DNA of 64,000 bases from Vulcanimicrobiota bacterium (GCA_003135555.1 PLCF01000085.1:160164-224163); one strand, 5' to 3'; numbered from the stretch's first letter, positions 9,570-19,774 are shown. A program made the numbers and translations. Notes: a model not told the origin generated them from the letters alone.

Positions 9570-11576
9570 ATGAGCGACGTTTCGAACGGCGGCGACGCGG
9601 GGCGCGATGCTCCCGCACCGGAACCCGAGGCGCTGCTGCGCGACTACGTCCGGCTGCTCGAGGCGGAGCGCAACGAGCTGCGCCGGCGCCTGGACGCGGT
9701 CAACACCTGGGTGACGGCGACGCGCGCCTCGGCCGAAGCGGTGCGCCCGCTGCTGCGCTCGATGCAGGAGAGCAAGTTCTGGAAGGCGCGCAACGCGTGG
9801 TTCGAGCTCAAGCACCGGATGGGGCTGCATCCGGTCGGGGCGCAGGCTCCGGTCGATCTGATCGTCTCGGAATTCGAGCCGGTGCAGTCGCGCGTCTCGA
9901 TGTTCGAGCGTTGGCTGGCGGCGAACGATTTGCGCCCGAGCGACGCGGCGCTGTTGCGCGAAACCGTGCAGATCCTCCCGCATACCCCCGGCATTGCGAT
10001 CGTGATGCCGGTGTACAACACCCCTGAGCGGTACCTGCGCGCAGCCCTCGACTCGGTGCTCGACCAGATTTATCCGCACTGGGAGCTGTGCATCGCCGAC
10101 GATGCGTCGACGCAGCCGCACGTGCGCGCGGTCCTCGAAGAGTACCAGGCCGACCCCCGCGTGAAGGTCGCCTTTCGCGCGCACAACGGGCACATCTGCG
10201 AGGCCAGCAACACCGCGCTGGCGCTGGCTTCGAGCGAGTTCGTGGCGCTGCTCGATCACGACGACGTCTTGACCCCCGATGCGCTGTTCGCGGTGGCCCT
10301 GCTGCTCAACCGCTCGTCCGACGCCGATTTCATCTACAGCGACGAAGACAAGATCGACGAGCTCGACCGCCGCAGCGAGCCGTATTTCAAACCCGAATGG
10401 TCGCCGGACTCGTTTCTCGCGCGCATGTATACGGGCCACTTGGCGGTCTTCCGGCGCGCGCTCGTCGCTGCGGTCGGCGGCTTTCGCCCCGGCTTCGAAG
10501 GCAGCCAGGACTACGATCTGGTGTTGCGCATCACCGAGCAGACGCCCCGGATCGAGCACATCCCGCGGATTCTCTATCACTGGCGCATCCATCCCGAGTC
10601 GGCGGCCGCGGGCGCGGCGTCCAAACGCTACGCGTTCGAGGCCGGCCGGCGCGCGATCGAAGAAGCGCTGGCGCGGCGCGACGAGCCCGGCCGCGTCGAA
10701 GAGTTGCCCGAGGCCGGCAGCTACGTCGTGCGCTACGTGATTCGCGACCCCGCCAAAGTCAGCATCATCGTGCCGACCCGCGATCACGCCGACGACGTCG
10801 AGCGCTGTCTGAGCTCGATCTTCGCCCGCGATTCCTACCCCGATTTCGAGCTGCTCATCGTCGACAACGGCTCCACCGAGCGGACCGCGCTGCAGGCGTT
10901 CGAGCGCTGGACGGCCGCGCAGCCGCGGGTGCGGGTGCTGCGCCACGACGTGCCCTTCAATTTCGCCGAGATCAACAACTACGCCGCTGCGCAGGCCGGC
11001 GGACGTTACCTGCTCTTTCTCAACAACGACACCGAAGTCGTCACCGACGATTGGCTCGAGGCGCTCGTCGAGTACGCCCAACGGCCGAGCATCGGCGCGG
11101 CCGGCGCCAAGCTCCTCTACCCCGACGGGACGATCCAGCACGCCGGGGTCGTCACCGGCATCGGCGGGGTCGCCGGGCACAGCCACAAGTACGCCGACGC
11201 GACGACGGGCGGATACTTCAACGTGCTGCGCACGGTCAACAACTATTCGGCGGTAACCGGCGCCTGCATGATGGTGCGGCGCGAGGTGTTCGAGCGCATC
11301 GGCGGCTTCGACGAAGCGCTGGCGATCGCGTTCAACGACGTGGACTTCTGCCTCAAGGCGCGCGCGCTGGGCCTTTACAACGTGTACCTGCCTCACGTCG
11401 TGCTGTACCATCACGAATCGAAGAGCCGCGGGGCCGAGGACACGCCCGCGAAGCGGGCTCGCTTTGACGCCGAGCGCGACTTGATGCTGGAGCGTTGGGG
11501 TTCGGCGCTCGCCGGCGATCCGCATTACAGCCCGCACCTCTCGGTGACGTCGGAGGACTTCGAGTTGCGCCGATAG
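9570..11576 (+). CDS. Two-domain GT2 glycosyltransferase (rhamnosyltransferase-like)
   Basis: IVMPVYNT...LDHDD...YSDEDK...GSQDYD, then SIIVPTRD...LNND...QHAG...SAVTGAC...NDVD...HHESKSRG. Confidence 0.92.
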   Translation: MSDVSNGGDAGRDAPAPEPEALLRDYVRLLEAERNELRRRLDAVNTWVTATRASAEAVRPLLRSMQESKFWKARNAWFELKHRMGLHPVGAQAPVDLIVSEFEPVQSRVSMFERWLAANDLRPSDAALLRETVQILPHTPGIAIVMPVYNTPERYLRAALDSVLDQIYPHWELCIADDASTQPHVRAVLEEYQADPRVKVAFRAHNGHICEASNTALALASSEFVALLDHDDVLTPDALFAVALLLNRSSDADFIYSDEDKIDELDRRSEPYFKPEWSPDSFLARMYTGHLAVFRRALVAAVGGFRPGFEGSQDYDLVLRITEQTPRIEHIPRILYHWRIHPESAAAGAASKRYAFEAGRRAIEEALARRDEPGRVEELPEAGSYVVRYVIRDPAKVSIIVPTRDHADDVERCLSSIFARDSYPDFELLIVDNGSTERTALQAFERWTAAQPRVRVLRHDVPFNFAEINNYAAAQAGGRYLLFLNNDTEVVTDDWLEALVEYAQRPSIGAAGAKLLYPDGTIQHAGVVTGIGGVAGHSHKYADATTGGYFNVLRTVNNYSAVTGACMMVRREVFERIGGFDEALAIAFNDVDFCLKARALGLYNVYLPHVVLYHHESKSRGAEDTPAKRARFDAERDLMLERWGSALAGDPHYSPHLSVTSEDFELRR

Positions 11577-11617
11577 AGGTGCAAACACGGTGCCGGAGGG
11601 AAATGTAAAGAACGTCC

Positions 11618-13486
11618 ATGGAGAGCAAGTCGTACGCCGCGCTGCCGCCTGACAAGCTTGCCGCCCCCGACCCGAACGCCTCGTACGCGAGGATTCGCGA
11701 GATGGTCGGGTCGGGCAAGCGGGTCCTCGACGTGGGCTGCGGGCCCGGCAACCTCGCGGCGGTCCTGCACCAGGCGGGGAACGCCGTGGTGGGAATCGAC
11801 ATCGACGAGGGCGGCTTGGCGGCCGCCCAGCATGCGTGCGAACGCACGATCAAAGCCGACCTCGACCACGTCGAGCTCGACGAGATCGTCGGCGAGGACC
11901 GCTTCGACGTCGTCGTGTTCGCCGACGTGCTCGAGCACTTGCGCAACCCCGCGCGGCTGCTCGGCTCCAGCCGGCGCATCATGCGCGAGGGCGGCTACGC
12001 GGTCGTCTCGATCCCCAACGTGGCGCACGGCGCGGTGCGTTTGGCGCTCTTGCGCGGCCGCTTCGAGTACCAGCAGCTGGGGATCCTCGACGACTCGCAC
12101 CTGCGGTTCTACACGCGCGAGTCGGTGCTGAAACTCTTGTCGGAGAGCGGCTTCATCGCGACCCGCGTGGAGCGCACCACGGCGTCCGTGTTCGAAAGCT
12201 CGGATCTCGTGCCGTTCGTGCGGCGCGACGACTTCGATCTCGCGGTCATCGCCGAGATCATGCGCGACCAGGACGCCGAGACGCTGCAATTCGTCGTACG
12301 GGCCGCGCCGCTGGCCGAAGTCGCGGCGCTCGAAGTGCTCACGGCCGAGATCACCAGCCTCGAGCAAACGGTGCGCACGTTGCGTGCCGAGCTCGCGCAG
12401 GCCCGTGACGGGGCGGGGAAAGCGCGCTTCGAGGGGCAAACGCCGCGCATCAACGGCAGCAACGGTTCGCGCGCGCTGGCCGAGCGCCTCGCGGAGGTCG
12501 AACAACACTACCAACACGCCGTCGAGCTCAGCGAGGCGTCGCGCAGGGAACGCGACGAAGCACTCGCGGCTCGCGACGCCGCAATCGCGGCTCGCGACGA
12601 AGCACTCGCCGCTTCCGAGCGAGCGCGCGACGATCTCGCTCGGCTCGATGCCGACCTCGTCGAGGCGGAGCAGGCGCTCGTGCAGGTCGCGGAGCTGCGT
12701 GCGCAGTTGGCCGAGCGCGACGACGATCGGGAGATCGCCGCGCAGGCGCGCGCGGAGCTCGAGACCGCTCGCGCCGAGCTGGCCGATCTCAACGCCGTGG
12801 CCGAGTCCTCAACGGCCGCCGTCGAGGAGCTGCGCGCGGGCCGTGCCGCCGCGGTCGGCGCGATCGAACATCTGCGCACCGAGCTGTTTCGCGTGCAACG
12901 GATCGCCGACGGGCTCGTCGCGGAGCGCGAGGCCGCGCTGGCGCGCAGCGAAGCCGCCGCCGCGGAGCTGGCGCGCAAGACCGCCGCAAGCGACGACGCC
13001 GAGGCGAACCTGCGCGCGGTGCGGGCGCTGCTCTCCCTGGTCGAGCAGGAGCGCGATGCGGCGCGCGCCGAGCGGGACCGCACGATCGCCCGCCTGTCGA
13101 GCGAACCCGCGGCGCTGCGCAAACGCGCGGCCACCCTGGAGAATCTGCTCGCCGTCGAGCAGACGACGCGCCAGGATGTCGAGGCGGCTTCCGAGCGTAT
13201 CGCCGCCGTGGCCCGAAGCCGGGCGAAGGACGCGCGCGAGCGCGAGCTGAGCCGGCTGCGCGCGCGTTCGGTGCTCGTCGAGGTCGAGCTGCGGTTGGCG
13301 CTCCTGCAGTCCCCGCCGCCGCCTGCGGTCAGCGTGCCGCGGCTGGTGGGAGTACGCTGGTCGGCCGATACCATGCGGGCGGCGAGCGTTACGCGACGGG
13401 TTGCGACGATGGAGCGGGCGGAGCCGCCGCCCCGGTCGCGATTCCGCGCGCGTCTGCAGCGGTTGCGGCGGCTCTTTACGGGATGA
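11618..13486 (+). CDS. SAM-dependent methyltransferase with long C-terminal coiled coil (WbdD-like terminator candidate)
   Basis: VLDVGCGPG, FADVLEHL, SIPNVAH, GILDDSHLRFYT, followed by about 300 aa of Ala/Glu/Arg/Leu heptads. Confidence 0.8.
   Translation: MESKSYAALPPDKLAAPDPNASYARIREMVGSGKRVLDVGCGPGNLAAVLHQAGNAVVGIDIDEGGLAAAQHACERTIKADLDHVELDEIVGEDRFDVVVFADVLEHLRNPARLLGSSRRIMREGGYAVVSIPNVAHGAVRLALLRGRFEYQQLGILDDSHLRFYTRESVLKLLSESGFIATRVERTTASVFESSDLVPFVRRDDFDLAVIAEIMRDQDAETLQFVVRAAPLAEVAALEVLTAEITSLEQTVRTLRAELAQARDGAGKARFEGQTPRINGSNGSRALAERLAEVEQHYQHAVELSEASRRERDEALAARDAAIAARDEALAASERARDDLARLDADLVEAEQALVQVAELRAQLAERDDDREIAAQARAELETARAELADLNAVAESSTAAVEELRAGRAAAVGAIEHLRTELFRVQRIADGLVAEREAALARSEAAAAELARKTAASDDAEANLRAVRALLSLVEQERDAARAERDRTIARLSSEPAALRKRAATLENLLAVEQTTRQDVEAASERIAAVARSRAKDARERELSRLRARSVLVEVELRLALLQSPPPPAVSVPRLVGVRWSADTMRAASVTRRVATMERAEPPPRSRFRARLQRLRRLFTG
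12551..12613 (+). repeat. Three imperfect 21-bp tandem repeats encoding heptads RDEALAA/RDAAIAA/RDEALAA
   Basis: cgcgacgaagcactcgcggct / cgcgacgccgcaatcgcggct / cgcgacgaagcactcgccgct read directly. Confidence 0.85.
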
Positions 13487-15492
13487 TCCTGCGGCGCTTC
13501 GAAGAGACGCCCGCCCCGCGCGCTTCGGTCATCATCCTGGTCTACGCGAACGCGACCTATCTGGAAGCGGCCCTGCGCTCGGTCCTCGAGTCCACCGATC
13601 CGCGCTTCCCGTATGAGGTGATCGTCGTCCTCAACGGGGTCGCTCCCGACGTTGCGGCGACGGTGCGCCAATCGGCCTACGGCGCGCGCATCGTCGAGTC
13701 AGAAGCGAACCTGGGCTTCGGCGGCGGCTGCAATTTCGGCGCCGCTCACGCGCGCGCGCCCTACCTCGTATTTCTCAACGATGACGTGACGGTCTGCTGG
13801 GGGTGGCTCGAAGCGCTCGTGTCGACCGCGGACGCGCGACCGGACGCCGGTGCCGTCGGCAGCCGAATCCTCAACGCCGACGGGACCGTTCAAGAGGCCG
13901 GCTCGGTGATCGTTGCCGACGGTTCGACGGCCCCGGTCGGACGCGGCTTGCCCGGCGACACTCCGCGATATCGCGCACTGCGCAAGGTCGACTACGCATC
14001 GGCCTGCTCGCTGCTGGTCCGGCGCAGCGTGTTCGAGAGCGTCGGCGGCTTTGACGAGCGCTACTTCCCGGCGTACTACGAAGACGTCGACTTGGCGCTG
14101 AAGCTGCGCCAAGGCGGCTGGGCGGTGCTGTATCAGCCCGCGTCACAGCTCGTGCACGCGGAGTCGGCCAGCACCACCTCGGACTTCAAATCGTATTTGT
14201 TTCGGCGCAACGGCCGCACGCTGCGGCGCATCTGGAAGTCGACGCTCCCGGCGTTCGAGCCGCGCGATCCGAGTGACGCGGTGACCTTGGCGCGCGCGAT
14301 CCGGCGCGCCAAAGGCAGCGTCGCGGAGGTGCTCATCGTCGACGACCGGCTGCCGGACGCCGGGCTGGGATCGGGTTACGGCCGCATGGCCGAGCTGTGC
14401 GCCGACCTCGCGGACGGACCGTACTCGCTGACGTTCTATCCGACCACCGGCACGCCCAGCGGCAACAGTCTCGGGCAGTGGGGGATCGAGGTCGTCGACG
14501 GAGACTTGAACGCGTACATCCGAGATCCGGCGACGCGCATCGACATCGCGGTGATCAGCCGGCCCCACAATTGGGAGCGCGCGGCGGCGGCGATCCGCCG
14601 CCACCATCCCGGCGCAGCCGTGATCTACGACGCCGAGGCGCTCTTCCATCGCCGCATCCGCCAGCAGCTCGAGCTCGAACCGGATCCGGTGCGCCGGGCG
14701 TCGCGCGAGCGCGAATACCGTGCGGCGTACGACCTGGAGGGCCGCATCGCCCGGGGCGCCGATCACCTGGTGTGCGTCTCGGGCGTCGAGGAGAAAACGC
14801 TGCGCGATTTCGCGCCGCAGACGCCGATCGACCACCTCGTCGCCACGGCGCGCGGCATCGTCGCGGGGGCCGCGCCGTTCGCCGGGCGCCGGCCGCACGC
14901 GATCTTCGTCGCCGGATGGATGGCCGGGCCCGGCTCGCCCAACGTCGACGCGCTGCGCTGGTACGTGCGCGAGGTCGCGCCGCTCATCGCCGACGGGCTC
15001 ACGGAAGCGGTCACGATCGTCACCGGGGGCAACCCGCCGGCCGAGGTTCTGCAACTGCGTTCCTCGGCGGTGCGGCTGGTCGGTTTCGTCGACGATCTCG
15101 CCGGCGCTTACGGCGCCGCGCGCGTCGCGATCGCTCCGATCCGATTCGGCGCCGGCGTCAAGATCAAGACGATCGAGGCGCTGCAATACGGGGTTCCGGT
15201 CGTCGCCACGACCACGGGTGCTGAGGGGATCGTCCTCGACGAGCCCGACGCGATCGCCGTTCGGGACGACCCGCAGGGTTTTGCCGACGCCGTGCTACGG
15301 CTGCTCTGCGACGAGGCCGCCTGGGCGCAGGCGCACGCAGCGACCCGCCGGCAAGCCGAGCGGTGGCGCACCGCGCCGCGCCGCACCTGGCGCGACATCA
15401 TCGACGACGTCTCCGCGCGCCGGACTAGCGGCGCCGCAACTCCCGCAGCGCTCGAAGCGCTTGAGCGCGTTCGCGGTCTTTCAGCTCGCTGA
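13483..15492 (+). CDS. Bifunctional GT2 + GT4 glycosyltransferase
   Basis: N-terminal NLGFGGGCN, FLNDD, YYEDVDL; C-terminal PNVDALRW, PIRFGAGVKIKTIEALQYGVPVV. Confidence 0.9.
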   Translation: MILRRFEETPAPRASVIILVYANATYLEAALRSVLESTDPRFPYEVIVVLNGVAPDVAATVRQSAYGARIVESEANLGFGGGCNFGAAHARAPYLVFLNDDVTVCWGWLEALVSTADARPDAGAVGSRILNADGTVQEAGSVIVADGSTAPVGRGLPGDTPRYRALRKVDYASACSLLVRRSVFESVGGFDERYFPAYYEDVDLALKLRQGGWAVLYQPASQLVHAESASTTSDFKSYLFRRNGRTLRRIWKSTLPAFEPRDPSDAVTLARAIRRAKGSVAEVLIVDDRLPDAGLGSGYGRMAELCADLADGPYSLTFYPTTGTPSGNSLGQWGIEVVDGDLNAYIRDPATRIDIAVISRPHNWERAAAAIRRHHPGAAVIYDAEALFHRRIRQQLELEPDPVRRASREREYRAAYDLEGRIARGADHLVCVSGVEEKTLRDFAPQTPIDHLVATARGIVAGAAPFAGRRPHAIFVAGWMAGPGSPNVDALRWYVREVAPLIADGLTEAVTIVTGGNPPAEVLQLRSSAVRLVGFVDDLAGAYGAARVAIAPIRFGAGVKIKTIEALQYGVPVVATTTGAEGIVLDEPDAIAVRDDPQGFADAVLRLLCDEAAWAQAHAATRRQAERWRTAPRRTWRDIIDDVSARRTSGAATPAALEALERVRGLSAR

Positions 15493-15805
15493 CGCGCAAG
15501 ATCGCCGCCGCGATTCGCTGCCGAACGAGGTTTTCGTCGATCGAGGTGTGGACGTACGCAGCGCTCGCCAGCTGCGATAGACGCTCGCGCGCGACCTCGC
15601 CGACGCGGGTCGCCTGATCCGCCCGCTCTTCGGCTTCGGTCAAGCGAGCGCGCAGGTCGGCGAGATAGCCGTCGCGGACCGCCAAATCCGCGCGCAGCGC
15701 GTCGGCGTCGCGCTGCGCGCGCTCCAGCGCCGCAGTGCGCTCGCGCAGCGCCTCGGCGAGCGCGGCACCCCGGTCGGCGCCGCCTGCGCCGGCAATCTCG
15801 TCCAT
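15425..15805 (-). CDS. Small coiled-coil protein (126 aa)
   Basis: MDEIAG...; heptad-rich helix; has its own promoter-like motif upstream; convergent 3' overlap with the GT gene. Confidence 0.55.
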   Translation of the reverse strand: MDEIAGAGGADRGAALAEALRERTAALERAQRDADALRADLAVRDGYLADLRARLTEAEERADQATRVGEVARERLSQLASAAYVHTSIDENLVRQRIAAAILRVSELKDRERAQALRALRELRRR

Positions 15806-15878
15806 GCCCCGCAATTCGGACGCAACGCGCGGGGGCCCCTCCCAGGCGCGGCCGCCTACGCGGTTGAAAACGGCCGGT

Positions 15879-16781
15879 ATGGAGGGACATGTCGCCGCGC
15901 ACGCTGCGTCGGTGTGGGACGATCGCTTCAAGACCGGGCCGCCACGGCCGCGCGATTGGCTCGAGCTCCCGTACATCGTGAACCGGTACATCAACATGGC
16001 CGTCACCGGGTCGCCCGACATGAGCTGGTTCACGTTCGCCTGCCTGCACTACGTCCGCCCGGCCGAGCGCGTGCTCGAGATCGGCTGCGGCGCGAACGGC
16101 GTCGGCTTCGACCTCTGCCGCCTCGACGTCGCGCGCCACGTCGTCGCCATCGATGTCAGCCCCGAAGCGATCCGCGTCTCGCGCGACCGCATCGCCGGGA
16201 CCCATCTGGAAGACCGCATCGACTACCGTTGCGAAGACGTGACGACCACGGACTTGGGCGAGGACGCTTTCGACTGCGTCATCGTCAACATGGCGCTGCA
16301 TCACATGCTCGAGCTGGAGGAGCTCTTCGCGAACGTGCGCCGCTGCAAGAAACCGGGCAGCCTGTTCGTGATGAACGAGTACATCGGGCCGAGCCGGTTT
16401 CAATGGACCGACGCGGCGGTCCGTGAAGGTCAGCGCTTGCTGGAATCACTCGACGAGCGGTATCGAATCCATGGTTCCACCGGTGAGGTGGTGCGGACGT
16501 TCACCCGGCCGGGGTACGGCGCGATGGTCGCCGGCGATGCATCCGAGGCGATTCGCTCCAGTGCGATCGAACCGTTGCTGTCGACCTATTTCGAGCCGGT
16601 GGACCGCCGCCCGTACGGCGGGACGATCCTGCAGTGGCTGCTCGCCGACATCGTCGCGAATTTCGATCCGGAGCGCCGGCCCGAAGACGCCGCGGAGCTC
16701 GAGCGCCTGTTCACCGAAGAACGGCGGCTGCTGCGCAACGGCGTGCTGCAAAGCAACTTCGCCGTTATCGTCGTGCGCTGA
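15879..16781 (+). CDS. Class I SAM-dependent methyltransferase
   Basis: VLEIGCG, AIDVS, MALHH, NEYIGPSRFQW, DASEAIRS. Confidence 0.85.
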   Translation: MEGHVAAHAASVWDDRFKTGPPRPRDWLELPYIVNRYINMAVTGSPDMSWFTFACLHYVRPAERVLEIGCGANGVGFDLCRLDVARHVVAIDVSPEAIRVSRDRIAGTHLEDRIDYRCEDVTTTDLGEDAFDCVIVNMALHHMLELEELFANVRRCKKPGSLFVMNEYIGPSRFQWTDAAVREGQRLLESLDERYRIHGSTGEVVRTFTRPGYGAMVAGDASEAIRSSAIEPLLSTYFEPVDRRPYGGTILQWLLADIVANFDPERRPEDAAELERLFTEERRLLRNGVLQSNFAVIVVR

Positions 16782-16792
16782 AGACGCGCCGG

Positions 16793-17548
16793 TCAGTCGT
16801 ATCCGATCAGCGTGACCTCGGGCTGCGAGGGGCGCAAGGTCGATCCGTCCGCCGCCAGGAGAACCATGCGCAGCGGGGTTCCTTCGGGACTCGCATAGCG
16901 ACCGGGAAACGACGCGGAAAAGCCGCAGTACGCGTGGTGTTCGCCGAATTCGCGCGCGACGTCGAGACGCTCGAAACCGTATGCCGCTTCCACGACATGA
17001 TCCCCGATCAGCGCGAAGGCGGCGAGCGCGGCGGAGTCGCCGACGGTATCCGCAGCCCAGCCGTCGATGCGGATGACTTTGCGGCGCGGGACGCGCACCG
17101 AATCCCCCAGGATCGGTTCGGAATGGCCCTCTTCGTCGGTCCAGCTATCGAGAAAGCCTTGAGCGGCGGGGAGGTTCGCCAGCCCAACTGGAGCGGACAA
17201 GCGCAGTTGCGCCCGGGCGATCTCCTGACGCCGTCCGCCGGCGGAGACGACGATCGTGACCACGTGCTCGCCGTCCTTGAGGTTGACCGTCGGGACAGAG
17301 ACGGTGAACCCGGATTCGACCGCGCTCGAGTCGTCCAGCGCCGCCGCGACGTCCGGTCTCGGTACGCCGCGCTCGATCGGATGTTCGCTGCGATCGTCGA
17401 TGAGCAGCGAGAACATCGGGCTCGCACCGCTCTGATGCGCCCAGCCGCGAACGATCAAGACATCGCCGACGTGCGCCTCGGCGTTGGCATCCTCGGACAC
17501 CAGGGGCAGAATGTCGATCGCGTCGATCGCGCCGGCGGGAGGGTGCAT
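16793..17548 (-). CDS. Hypothetical protein with two Ig-like repeats (GWA...RxDV...GF)
   Basis: VRGWA...GVPRPDVA...SGF and IDGWA...GFERLDVA...CGF. Confidence 0.7.
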   Translation of the reverse strand: MHPPAGAIDAIDILPLVSEDANAEAHVGDVLIVRGWAHQSGASPMFSLLIDDRSEHPIERGVPRPDVAAALDDSSAVESGFTVSVPTVNLKDGEHVVTIVVSAGGRRQEIARAQLRLSAPVGLANLPAAQGFLDSWTDEEGHSEPILGDSVRVPRRKVIRIDGWAADTVGDSAALAAFALIGDHVVEAAYGFERLDVAREFGEHHAYCGFSASFPGRYASPEGTPLRMVLLAADGSTLRPSQPEVTLIGYD

Positions 17549-17604
17549 GCCTGCCGATTAGGTGGGGTTGCAGCCGTTTCCCTGCGTCAACCTAGCGTCG
17601 GACC

Positions 17605-19713
17605 TCAGTCAACGACCTTCAGGAGTTCGTCACGCGTGGTCGGCCCATTCATGGACCCCGTTTCGACGACGAACCTTAGGTGGCGCCACACCGCCGCCGG
17701 CCTCAACGTCGCGAGCGTCTCCCGCGGGACGACGATATAGGTGCAGCCGCATTCACGAAGATGCGCATATGCGTCTGGCGACTCAAGCGTCCACTCATGC
17801 AAGGCCCCCGGGCTAACGAAATACGTTCCGTTGAAGATCTCTACCTCGCTGTAAACATTCATGAGTTGCAGGCCGACCGCATCGTAGATCTTGTCATGAT
17901 GGGGGTCGAGATGAGCGTTCGCGTACTGCAGCATCGGTATGAACTGTAGCTGGATCGCAGCGTCGGGGACGCCCTCGTAAAGGTATCCCCAGTTGAAATA
18001 CTCCTGACCCATCACGCCGGCCACCTCTGCATTCCGCTGAAGTGGAGTCACGAGCCCGTTTTCGAGAGCGCTGAACACCACGAGTGATGCGACGAGAATC
18101 ACCTGCAGCGCTCTGGCGCGGCTCCAATCGACGCAGAGGATGCCGTAGCTTGTCAGCAGCGCCACCGCCGGCAGCGCGACGAGAATATAGCGAAGCTCGA
18201 TGGCGCCGCCGACATAGGCAAGGCCGGTAACGATCGCCGCAAAAGCCGCTAAGGGCCGAATAACGCCGGCATGCCGCCGCGCCAGGAATGGAACCGCGAC
18301 CCAAACCGGCATCAAAGTCAGCCAAATTGGTCCGATCAAGTCGCGAAAAGTGGCTGACTGCATCGTCATCAACCACGGGAGCGACAGGATTCTCGTCAGC
18401 GAAAGACTTCCGATGAGGCTGGTACCGACTGCGGTTGACACGGTGGCACCCAATGACGCTGAGCCATATCGAGAGGGAAAGGCGTTCACCGCAAGTGGAA
18501 ATATTGGATCGCCGATCATCCAAGTGGCCGTGATCAGGGCCGGAAGCATTCCTAACACCGCGCAGGCAGCATACGCGGCCAGCTCGGATGCGACGACGTT
18601 TCTGCGAGCGCGACGAGTGATTAAGATCCAGGCTGCAATGATCCCTAACGCGATGACGGTGAAAACCCCGAATGGCTTGATACCGTAGGTGAAACCAGCG
18701 AGAAGGCCCGCACCGCCGAGGGCCCAAAGTGATCCGTTCGCCCGCCACGTGAGCACGGCGTGCAGCGCAAGAATGACGATCGGGACCGCCGCAAGATCGT
18801 TGTTCGCCGTCGTTGCGGACCATGCGAACACGGGCGTCGACACGACCATTAGCGCTGCCATGGCGCCGGCGACGGTCGACGAGAACCAGGCCCGCGAGAA
18901 CGCGACTAGCGCTACTGCCGTCGCGACGGCGCCCATCCAAGAGACGAGCTTTGCGCCGATTGCTCCAAACAATACCCATGCGAATGCATAGAGCGTCTCT
19001 TGGTAGTGTGGCAGGGCGAATGGCCAGATTCGCTCGGCCGCCACGAGATTATAGAAACCGCCGTGTTGCGCGTAGCGCTCGGCTTCGGCGAGATGGTAGT
19101 AGCGCGCATCGAACCCGATCTCCGGGATCACGGCGGCCAGGAGGGCGACGTAAAGCGAAGCCGCCAAGAGGAACCAGACCACGATGCTCAGGGCGCGTGG
19201 GACGCGGATCGAATCCGGAACCAATGGAGCCTCGCGTACCCAACGCCGGATCGAACTGGCTGAGGCAACTGCCCCGACGATCAGAAGCGTGGCCTCGACT
19301 TCCCAGCGCAGCAACTGTAGCGCCGCCAACGCGTACGCGACGATTGTAAGTACGACCAGACCGGCAATCAGCCCGAAGGCGATTCGGTCGAATGCATCCC
19401 TGGGTGGAATCCGGAAGGCGCGCAACAAGGCATCGCCTGGGGCGATCGAAGCCGCGACCGCTACGAACAAGCCGAGCAGCAACACGACGTTCCGCGGCAG
19501 GTGGGTGAGGATCTGCGGAATGTGCGAAAGCCCGTCGTAAGCCAGGCCGCGTGCCGCCGGGTCGGTGAAGGCGAAGACGTTGAACGCGACGATCGCGGCC
19601 CAGATTAGGAAAACGTACCCGGCCGATTCGATAGCGATGCGACGCCACTCGAGCGGCTGCCCCGATACCATCGTGTCTTTGATTTCGCTGAAATCCGCTT
19701 TGTCGACGCCCAT
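17605..19713 (-). CDS. Polytopic GT-C glycosyltransferase (ArnT/PMT-like), paralog 1
   Basis: More than 12 TM segments, loop PEIGFDARYYHL, SATTANNDL, GIKP, GDPIFP, RY. Start may be ATG 19671. Confidence 0.75.
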   Translation of the reverse strand: MGVDKADFSEIKDTMVSGQPLEWRRIAIESAGYVFLIWAAIVAFNVFAFTDPAARGLAYDGLSHIPQILTHLPRNVVLLLGLFVAVAASIAPGDALLRAFRIPPRDAFDRIAFGLIAGLVVLTIVAYALAALQLLRWEVEATLLIVGAVASASSIRRWVREAPLVPDSIRVPRALSIVVWFLLAASLYVALLAAVIPEIGFDARYYHLAEAERYAQHGGFYNLVAAERIWPFALPHYQETLYAFAWVLFGAIGAKLVSWMGAVATAVALVAFSRAWFSSTVAGAMAALMVVSTPVFAWSATTANNDLAAVPIVILALHAVLTWRANGSLWALGGAGLLAGFTYGIKPFGVFTVIALGIIAAWILITRRARRNVVASELAAYAACAVLGMLPALITATWMIGDPIFPLAVNAFPSRYGSASLGATVSTAVGTSLIGSLSLTRILSLPWLMTMQSATFRDLIGPIWLTLMPVWVAVPFLARRHAGVIRPLAAFAAIVTGLAYVGGAIELRYILVALPAVALLTSYGILCVDWSRARALQVILVASLVVFSALENGLVTPLQRNAEVAGVMGQEYFNWGYLYEGVPDAAIQLQFIPMLQYANAHLDPHHDKIYDAVGLQLMNVYSEVEIFNGTYFVSPGALHEWTLESPDAYAHLRECGCTYIVVPRETLATLRPAAVWRHLRFVVETGSMNGPTTRDELLKVVD

Positions 19714-19774
19714 CCCTATGAGTACGACGCGACGTCTTGACCGGCTCGAGAAGCGGTATGGTACCCCACGACCA

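Noticed and set aside
15806-16033. N-terminal extension of the small coiled-coil ORF given in the ORF track
   Set aside because: It overlaps the divergent methyltransferase; ATG 15805 fits better.
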